DNA of 64,000 nucleotides from Escherichia coli (GTDB lineage Bacteria; Pseudomonadota; Gammaproteobacteria; Enterobacterales; Enterobacteriaceae): NCBI RefSeq assembly GCF_030384885.1, contig NZ_CP128613.1; one strand, 5' to 3'. Shown piece by piece: positions 57,978 to 64,000 of this stretch (position 1 is its first letter; each line of letters starts with the position of its first letter). The notes under the pieces were generated by a model. It saw only the letters and a program-made list of their open reading frames with translations, ran no database searches and was not told where the DNA came from. The position numbers and the translations under genes were made by a program.

Positions 57978-59327
57978 TTGGCGGGGTTTAACATCAAACA
58001 TTGGTTTGCAGATGGCGCGTTTCGCACCATTATTCGCAATAGCGCCTGGTTAGGCTCCAGTAATGTCGTGAGCGCTTTGCTGGGTCTGTTGGCGCTCTCG
58101 TGTGCCGGTAAAGGGATGACGCCCGCCATGTTTGGCGTACTGGTGATTGTGCAATCGTACGCCAAGTCGATCAGCGATTTTATTAAGTTTCAGACATGGC
58201 AGCTGGTGGTTCAGTACGGAACGCCAGCCTTGACCAATAATAATCCGCAGCAATTTCGCAATGTCGTCTCATTTTCCTTCTCGTTGGATATCGTCAGCGG
58301 CGCGGTGGCGATTGTCGGCGGCATTGCCTTACTCCCTTTTCTTTCCCATTCATTAGGTCTGGATGACCAAAGCTTTTGGCTGGCAGCGCTGTATTGCACG
58401 CTCATTCCTTCAATGGCTTCCTCCACACCGACCGGCATTCTGCGTGCGGTAGATCGCTTCGATTTGATTGCTGTACAGCAGGCGACGAAACCTTTTCTGC
58501 GCGCAGCGGGGAGCGTCGTAGCCTGGTATTTTGATTTTGGTTTTGCGGGTTTTGTTATTGCCTGGTACGCATCGAATCTGGTTGGCGGCACCATGTACTG
58601 GTGGTTTGCCGCGCGCGAATTACGCCGCAGAAATATCCATAACGCCTTCAAATTGAATCTGTTTGAGTCTGCCCGACACATTAAAGGCGCGTGGAGTTTT
58701 GTCTGGTCAACCAACATTGCCCACTCCATCTGGTCGGCACGTAACTCGTGCAGCACAGTGTTGGTGGGGATCGTGTTAGGACCCGCTGCCGCCGGGTTAT
58801 TTAAAATCGCCATGACATTCTTCGATGCCGCCGGAACGCCAGCGGGTTTACTGGGCAAAAGTTTTTACCCAGAGGTAATGCGTTTAGATCCGCGTACCAC
58901 CAGACCGTGGTTGTTAGGCGTGAAGTCCGGTTTACTGGCGGGCGGAATCGGTATTCTGGTGGCGCTCGCGGTGTTGATCGTCGGCAAGCCGCTCATTTCG
59001 CTGGTGTTTGGCGTTAAGTATCTCGAAGCGTATGACCTGATTCAGGTAATGCTTGGCGCAATTGTGATTTCGATGCTGGGCTTCCCACAGGAGTCATTGC
59101 TATTGATGGCGGGAAAACAGCGCGCTTTTCTCGTGGCGCAAACCATCGCCTCAATCGGCTACATCGTATTGCTGTTCATGTTCTGTCATCTGTTTGGCGT
59201 GCTGGGGGCTGCATTTGCTTACTTCGGTGGGCAATGTCTGGATGTGGTGCTCTCGTTAATTCCAACCTTAAAGGCATTTTTTCAGCGCCATTCCTTGCTT
59301 TATAACGCAGCCGGAGAGAAATCCTGA
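57978..59327 (+). CDS. yghQ: Polytopic membrane protein YghQ (MOP flippase-like / polysaccharide biosynthesis protein family), apparently full length
   Basis: 449-aa ORF with about 12 hydrophobic segments; non-ATG start in the track, so the true start is uncertain. Confidence 0.8.
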   Translation: MAGFNIKHWFADGAFRTIIRNSAWLGSSNVVSALLGLLALSCAGKGMTPAMFGVLVIVQSYAKSISDFIKFQTWQLVVQYGTPALTNNNPQQFRNVVSFSFSLDIVSGAVAIVGGIALLPFLSHSLGLDDQSFWLAALYCTLIPSMASSTPTGILRAVDRFDLIAVQQATKPFLRAAGSVVAWYFDFGFAGFVIAWYASNLVGGTMYWWFAARELRRRNIHNAFKLNLFESARHIKGAWSFVWSTNIAHSIWSARNSCSTVLVGIVLGPAAAGLFKIAMTFFDAAGTPAGLLGKSFYPEVMRLDPRTTRPWLLGVKSGLLAGGIGILVALAVLIVGKPLISLVFGVKYLEAYDLIQVMLGAIVISMLGFPQESLLLMAGKQRAFLVAQTIASIGYIVLLFMFCHLFGVLGAAFAYFGGQCLDVVLSLIPTLKAFFQRHSLLYNAAGEKS

Positions 59328-60151
59328 TGATGAGAAAATATTTCCCGCTTGAGGCGAGCGAGCGTCTATTTATTGCAGTTGAAGAAGATGATGTCGTTGA
59401 TGCGCAGGTCAGTTTACCGCCGACTATCGCAACAGGTTGTACCACCGAAATCATTCATGATAATTACGCGTTATGCCTGCAATTCTGGCTGAATGGCGTT
59501 GATCGTCAGGAATTACTGCGTTTAATCCACAAACAAGCCAAAGGCGAGGGGCTTACGGCTGACGAGCGTAAACAGTTTAAATATATGCGGGCGCGTTATA
59601 AGCATCTGCGTTTCGCTCAGCGACTGTATCTGAAAAAACACAAGGCAGGATTTTTATTCGGCAAAACGACGGTATGTCTGGGCCATTTTCAGGATGGTTT
59701 CCGTAACGGTAAAAAAAATATTGTGTCGTATTACGGCAACCTGTTACGGATTTATTTAAGCTCTCCGGTCTGGTCGTTGGTGAACTATTCATTACGCCAT
59801 AGCCAGTTAGAAAGCGTAAGCGGTTTTATTGCCTATCGGCAAAAGCAAATGCATACCCTGAAAGAGATAATTGCCAAACCGCGACTAACCGGCAGGGAAT
59901 TTCATGATGTGCGAAAAATCATCAGCCAGCAGGTTTCTTATTACGACACCCTAAGATCGCTTGATCCTGAAAAAAAAGAAGCGTTACAGATTTCCCGCTT
60001 CCTCGCCGCCATTAATGGCCTGATGGGGGATAAACACGACGACATGGTGGCGGATGATATGGAAAACCGCCAGTCGTATGATGCACCGATGGCGCTGGAT
60101 AGCGATATTCGTCAGCGCTTAGAACTGCTGATTTCGCGTTTTCCGCTATAA
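59327..60151 (+). CDS. Hypothetical soluble protein, 274 aa
   Basis: ATG overlaps the yghQ stop (tgatgatga); no recognisable motifs by eye. Confidence 0.6.
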   Translation: MMRKYFPLEASERLFIAVEEDDVVDAQVSLPPTIATGCTTEIIHDNYALCLQFWLNGVDRQELLRLIHKQAKGEGLTADERKQFKYMRARYKHLRFAQRLYLKKHKAGFLFGKTTVCLGHFQDGFRNGKKNIVSYYGNLLRIYLSSPVWSLVNYSLRHSQLESVSGFIAYRQKQMHTLKEIIAKPRLTGREFHDVRKIISQQVSYYDTLRSLDPEKKEALQISRFLAAINGLMGDKHDDMVADDMENRQSYDAPMALDSDIRQRLELLISRFPL

Positions 60152-60159
60152 CCGGAGCA

Positions 60160-60723
60160 ATGATGTCATCTCGTTTGATTATTGCGCTGATTATCATGCT
60201 CTTAGCCCCGGGTGTGCAGGCACACAATTTCGTCACGGGTAAAACGGTTACCCCTGTTTATATCCAGGAAGGCGGCGAGCTGCTTCTGAATAGCGACGAC
60301 GAAATTCACTACCAAAAGTGGAACAGCACACAGCTGGCGGGAAAAGTCCGCATTATTCAGTATATCGCCGGGCGTAAGTCGGCGAAGAAAAAGAACTCAC
60401 TGTTAATTAAAGCGGTTGAAGCGGCAAACTTTCCGCAGGATCGTTTTCAGCCCACCACCATTGTGAACACCGATGATGCCATCTTTGGTACTGGCTATTT
60501 TGTCGTTGGCAAAATCGAAAAAAATAAACGCCGCTATCCGTGGGCGCAATTCGTTATTGACGGCAATGGACAGGGACGCGTTGCCTGGCGGTTGCCGGAG
60601 CAGAGTTCAACCATTCTGGTGCTGAATAAAGCCGGGCAAATTCAGTGGGCAAAGGACGGCAGCCTGACGCCGGAAGAGGTAGATCATGTCATTGCGCTGG
60701 CGCAGAAGCTGATCAATGAATAA
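60160..60723 (+). CDS. YtfJ-family periplasmic protein (paralog)
   Basis: 187 aa with signal peptide; TTIVNTDDA and QWAKDG..TPEEV motifs typical of YtfJ. Confidence 0.7.
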   Translation: MMSSRLIIALIIMLLAPGVQAHNFVTGKTVTPVYIQEGGELLLNSDDEIHYQKWNSTQLAGKVRIIQYIAGRKSAKKKNSLLIKAVEAANFPQDRFQPTTIVNTDDAIFGTGYFVVGKIEKNKRRYPWAQFVIDGNGQGRVAWRLPEQSSTILVLNKAGQIQWAKDGSLTPEEVDHVIALAQKLINE

Positions 60724-60752
60724 AAATTCAAAGGATTGAGGGCGTTAGTGAG

Positions 60753-61823
60753 ATGAAGCTGGTTGAACACTACATCATGCGTGGTACTCGCCGTCTGGTG
60801 CTGATTATCGTCGGTTTTCTGATCTTTATTTTCGCCAGCTACTCCGCACAGCGTTATCTGACCGAAGCGGCAAATGGGACATTAGCTCTTGATGTTGTGC
60901 TGGATATTGTTTTCTACAAGGTGCTGATTGCACTGGAGATGTTGTTACCTGTTGGACTGTATGTGTCAGTTGGCGTGACGCTAGGGCAGATGTATACCGA
61001 CTCGGAAATTACCGCTATTTCTGCGGCGGGGGGGAGTCCGGGACGCTTGTACAAAGCCGTTCTTTATCTGGCGATACCGCTAAGTATTTTTGTCACCCTT
61101 CTGTCGATGTATGGTCGTCCGTGGGCTTATGCGCAGATTTATCAACTGGAGCAACAGTCGCAGTCGGAGCTGGATGTTCGCCAGTTGCGGGCAAAGAAAT
61201 TTAACACTAACGATAACGGACGAATGATCCTTTCGCAGACGGTTGATCAGGATAATAATCGCCTGACTGACGTGCTGATTTATACTTCTACTGCCAATCG
61301 AACCCGTATTTTCCGCGCCCGTTCGGTTGATGTAGTTGACCCATCACCCGAGAAACCGACCGTTATGTTGCATAACGGGACCGCCTATCTTCTCGATCAT
61401 CAGGGACGTGACGACAACGAACAGATCTACCGTAATCTGCAATTGCATCTGAATCCGCTGGATCAAAGCCCTAACGTCAAACGCAAAGCAAAATCGGTCA
61501 CGGAGCTGGCGCGCTCCGCCTTTCCTGCCGATCATGCCGAACTGCAATGGCGACAAAGCCGTGGCCTGACAGCATTGTTGATGGCGCTGCTGGCCATTTC
61601 ATTAAGTCGGGTAAAACCGCGGCAAGGGCGATTTTCAACGTTATTGCCACTGACGTTGCTGTTTGTTGCCATTTTTTATGGCGGCGACGTCTGCCGTACG
61701 CTGGTGGCTAACGGCGCGATTCCCCTCATTCCTGGTTTGTGGTTAGTACCCGGACTCATGCTAATGGGCCTGCTGATGCTGGTCGCACGCGACTTCTCTT
61801 TGCTGCAGAAATTTTCCCGATGA
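60753..61823 (+). CDS. LptF-like permease (YjgP/YjgQ family), accessory paralog
   Basis: 356 aa; N-terminal TM helices, a periplasmic beta-jellyroll-sized insert and C-terminal TM helices, as in LptF/LptG. Confidence 0.7.
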   Translation: MKLVEHYIMRGTRRLVLIIVGFLIFIFASYSAQRYLTEAANGTLALDVVLDIVFYKVLIALEMLLPVGLYVSVGVTLGQMYTDSEITAISAAGGSPGRLYKAVLYLAIPLSIFVTLLSMYGRPWAYAQIYQLEQQSQSELDVRQLRAKKFNTNDNGRMILSQTVDQDNNRLTDVLIYTSTANRTRIFRARSVDVVDPSPEKPTVMLHNGTAYLLDHQGRDDNEQIYRNLQLHLNPLDQSPNVKRKAKSVTELARSAFPADHAELQWRQSRGLTALLMALLAISLSRVKPRQGRFSTLLPLTLLFVAIFYGGDVCRTLVANGAIPLIPGLWLVPGLMLMGLLMLVARDFSLLQKFSR

Positions 61824-62899
61824 ATGTTTTCAGTCGCTATTTAATCCGTCATCTCTTTCTCGGTTTTGCCGCCGCCGCAGGGCTATTGCTGCCGCTTTTT
61901 ACTACCTTCAACCTGATTAACGAACTGGATGATGTCAGCCCGGGTGGTTATCGCTGGACTCAGGCGGTGCTGGTGGTGCTGATGACCTTACCGCGCACAC
62001 TGGTCGAACTTTCGCCGTTTATCGCCTTATTGGGGGGGATTGTCGGCTTGGGGCAGTTATCGAAAAACAGTGAGCTTACCGCCATTCGCAGCACGGGGTT
62101 TTCTATCTTCCGTATTGCACTGGTGGCGCTGGTTGCCGGGATATTGTGGACTGTTTCATTAGGCGCGATAGATGAGTGGGTGGCGTCGCCATTGCAGCAA
62201 CAGGCGCTGCAAATCAAATCGACTGCCACTGCGTTGGGGGAGGACGATGACATTACCGGCAATATGCTGTGGGCCAGGCGTGGTAATGAATTTGTGACGG
62301 TGAAATCGCTGAACGAGCAGGGCCAGCCGGTGGGCGTGGAGATATTTCATTACCGCGACGATCTCTCGCTCGAATCCTACATTTATGCACGCAGTGCCAC
62401 CATTGAAGACGACAAAACGTGGATCCTGCATGGTGTGAATCATAAAAAATGGCTGAATGGCAAAGAAACGCTGGAAACATCTGATAATCTTGCCTGGCAA
62501 TCGGCCTTCACCAGTATGAATCTTGAAGAGTTATCGATGCCGGGAAATACTTTTTCTGTCCGTCAACTTAATCATTACATCCATTATTTGCAGGAAACCG
62601 GGCAACCCAGCAGCGAATACCGCCTTGCACTGTGGGAAAAACTGGGACAACCCATCTTGACCCTGGCGATGATTTTGCTGGCTGTGCCGTTTACCTTTAG
62701 TGCCCCGCGTTCGCCTGGGATGGGTAGCCGTCTCGCTGTAGGCGTCATCGTGGGCTTACTCACCTGGATCAGCTATCAAATCATGGTCAATCTGGGATTG
62801 CTATTTGCGTTGAGCGCACCTGTTACCGCGCTCGGTTTACCGATAGCGTTTATGCTGGTGGCGTTGAGCCTGGTGTATTGGTATGACAGTCAACATTAA
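61820..62899 (+). CDS. LptG-like permease (YjgP/YjgQ family), accessory paralog
   Basis: 359 aa from the internal Met MNVFSRYLIRHLFLGF; start overlaps the stop of the preceding permease gene (ATGA). Confidence 0.7.
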   Translation: MNVFSRYLIRHLFLGFAAAAGLLLPLFTTFNLINELDDVSPGGYRWTQAVLVVLMTLPRTLVELSPFIALLGGIVGLGQLSKNSELTAIRSTGFSIFRIALVALVAGILWTVSLGAIDEWVASPLQQQALQIKSTATALGEDDDITGNMLWARRGNEFVTVKSLNEQGQPVGVEIFHYRDDLSLESYIYARSATIEDDKTWILHGVNHKKWLNGKETLETSDNLAWQSAFTSMNLEELSMPGNTFSVRQLNHYIHYLQETGQPSSEYRLALWEKLGQPILTLAMILLAVPFTFSAPRSPGMGSRLAVGVIVGLLTWISYQIMVNLGLLFALSAPVTALGLPIAFMLVALSLVYWYDSQH

Positions 62900-62933
62900 A
62901 CCCGCCGTGGCGCAGCACCACAGCGGGCTCACA

Positions 62934-64000
62934 TTACTGCTTCAGAGTAGCAAATGCCTGAATGATGGCATCGATTTGCTCACGAGTGTGGGCAGCGTTT
63001 ACGCTACAGCGCAGCAGCGTGATGCCTGCAGGCGCGGCAGGTGGCAGGATAAGATTCACATAAACGCCCAGCGAAATAAGCTCGCGCCAGATGCGTAAAC
63101 CTTCCTCTTTCGAACCGATTATCACTGGCACTACCGGGCTAATATGTGAACTTAACTCGTAACCCAGTTTTTGCAGACCGTCATACAGATGGTTGGCGTT
63201 ATCCATCAGCTTTTGCCGCAACTCTGGTTGTGAGGCAATGGTTCTTAACGACGAGCGCACGGTCGCAATGCAGGACGGAGAAGGAGAGGCGGTAAAAATA
63301 TACGGGCGGCTGCCGTAGCGCAGCACTTCCATCGCTTCCGAACCGACAGCAAAACCGCCAATCGAGGCCAGACTTTTACTGAAAGTACCAACGATAATAT
63401 CCACATCATCTTCAACGCCAACGGCTTCAGCCAGTCCGCGCCCCGTTGCGCCTAACACGCCAAACGAATGCGCTTCATCGACAATCAAATAACCACCGAG
63501 ACGACGTTTGATATCAACAATTTCCGCCAGCGGCGCAATGTCACCGAGCATACTGTAGATGCCTTCAACGATGATAATCGCCTCTTTTGCCCGTTCACCG
63601 AGGCGAACCATGCGCCGTTCCAGATCTTTAGCATCGTTATGGCGGAAACGAATAATTTCCGCTCCACCGAGAGAACAGGCGTCATAAATACTGGCGTGGC
63701 TGTCGGCATCCAGTAACACTACGGCGTTATGGTCGGCAAGTGCGCTGATGACACCTAAATTAGCGGTATAACCGGTTGAAAAAACGATAGCGGTAGGGCG
63801 ATTGAAAAACTCGGCAATTTCTTTCTCTAACGCCAGATGTGGCGCATAGCTGCCATTAGCCATACGAGAACCGGTAGTGCCGGTGCCTTGGGCCGCTAAC
63901 GCTGCCTGACCTTCGGCGATGGCATCATGATTGAAGGTTAAACCGAGATAATTATTGGTCCCGGCCAGGATCACGTTTTTATCGCCGATCCGGCCTTCGG
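62934..64000 (-). CDS. PLP-dependent alpha-oxoamine synthase (BioF/Kbl/serine palmitoyltransferase family); N-terminus lies beyond the window end
   Basis: Motifs GTNNYLGL, DEAHS and the lysine motif TFSKSL. The frame is open from 63974 to the window end (the track start is an internal GTG). Confidence 0.8.
   Translation of the reverse strand, partial: EGRIGDKNVILAGTNNYLGLTFNHDAIAEGQAALAAQGTGTTGSRMANGSYAPHLALEKEIAEFFNRPTAIVFSTGYTANLGVISALADHNAVVLLDADSHASIYDACSLGGAEIIRFRHNDAKDLERRMVRLGERAKEAIIIVEGIYSMLGDIAPLAEIVDIKRRLGGYLIVDEAHSFGVLGATGRGLAEAVGVEDDVDIIVGTFSKSLASIGGFAVGSEAMEVLRYGSRPYIFTASPSPSCIATVRSSLRTIASQPELRQKLMDNANHLYDGLQKLGYELSSHISPVVPVIIGSKEEGLRIWRELISLGVYVNLILPPAAPAGITLLRCSVNAAHTREQIDAIIQAFATLKQ

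Overview
This window looks like a contiguous Escherichia coli-type chromosomal segment, reverse-complemented relative to the K-12 map as I remember it. All identifications are by eye from the supplied six-frame translations (family motifs, protein lengths, synteny); no database search was run. Gene order: a chaperone-usher fimbrial operon (adhesin, chaperone, usher, major subunit), zupT, ygiD, ygiC, ygiB, tolC, nudF, yqiB, cpdA, yqiA, parE, ygiN, mdaB, ygiZ, qseCB, ygiW, ygiV, ygiS, parC, plsC, ftsP, a two-gene insertion, ygiQ, an Lpp-like gene, yqhH, yqhG, dkgA, yqhD, yqhC, yghB, metC, exbBD, yghA, yqhA, yghZ, yghX, yghW, hybOABCDEFG, yghU, gss, pitB, yghT, yghSRQ, then an accessory envelope-type cluster running to the window end. 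No rRNA, tRNA, CRISPR array, IS element or prophage genes were recognised. The strongest candidate for something undescribed is the insertion between ftsP and ygiQ (26632-28992): an AT-rich gene for a membrane-anchored ankyrin-repeat protein followed by a 5'-truncated, compositionally different paralog. Second is the cluster beyond yghQ (59327-64000): an LptF/LptG-like permease pair, a YtfJ-like protein, an unknown ORF and a convergent alpha-oxoamine synthase. Other differences from K-12 are absence of mqsRA between ygiV and ygiS, a fimbrial usher broken by an in-frame stop rather than by IS2, and no ribB/ubiK between zupT and the fimbrial operon. Coordinates of CDS come from the ORF track, with starts trimmed where the known protein length indicated an internal start; coordinates of hairpins, repeats and the small ORF were read by eye and may be off by a base or two.
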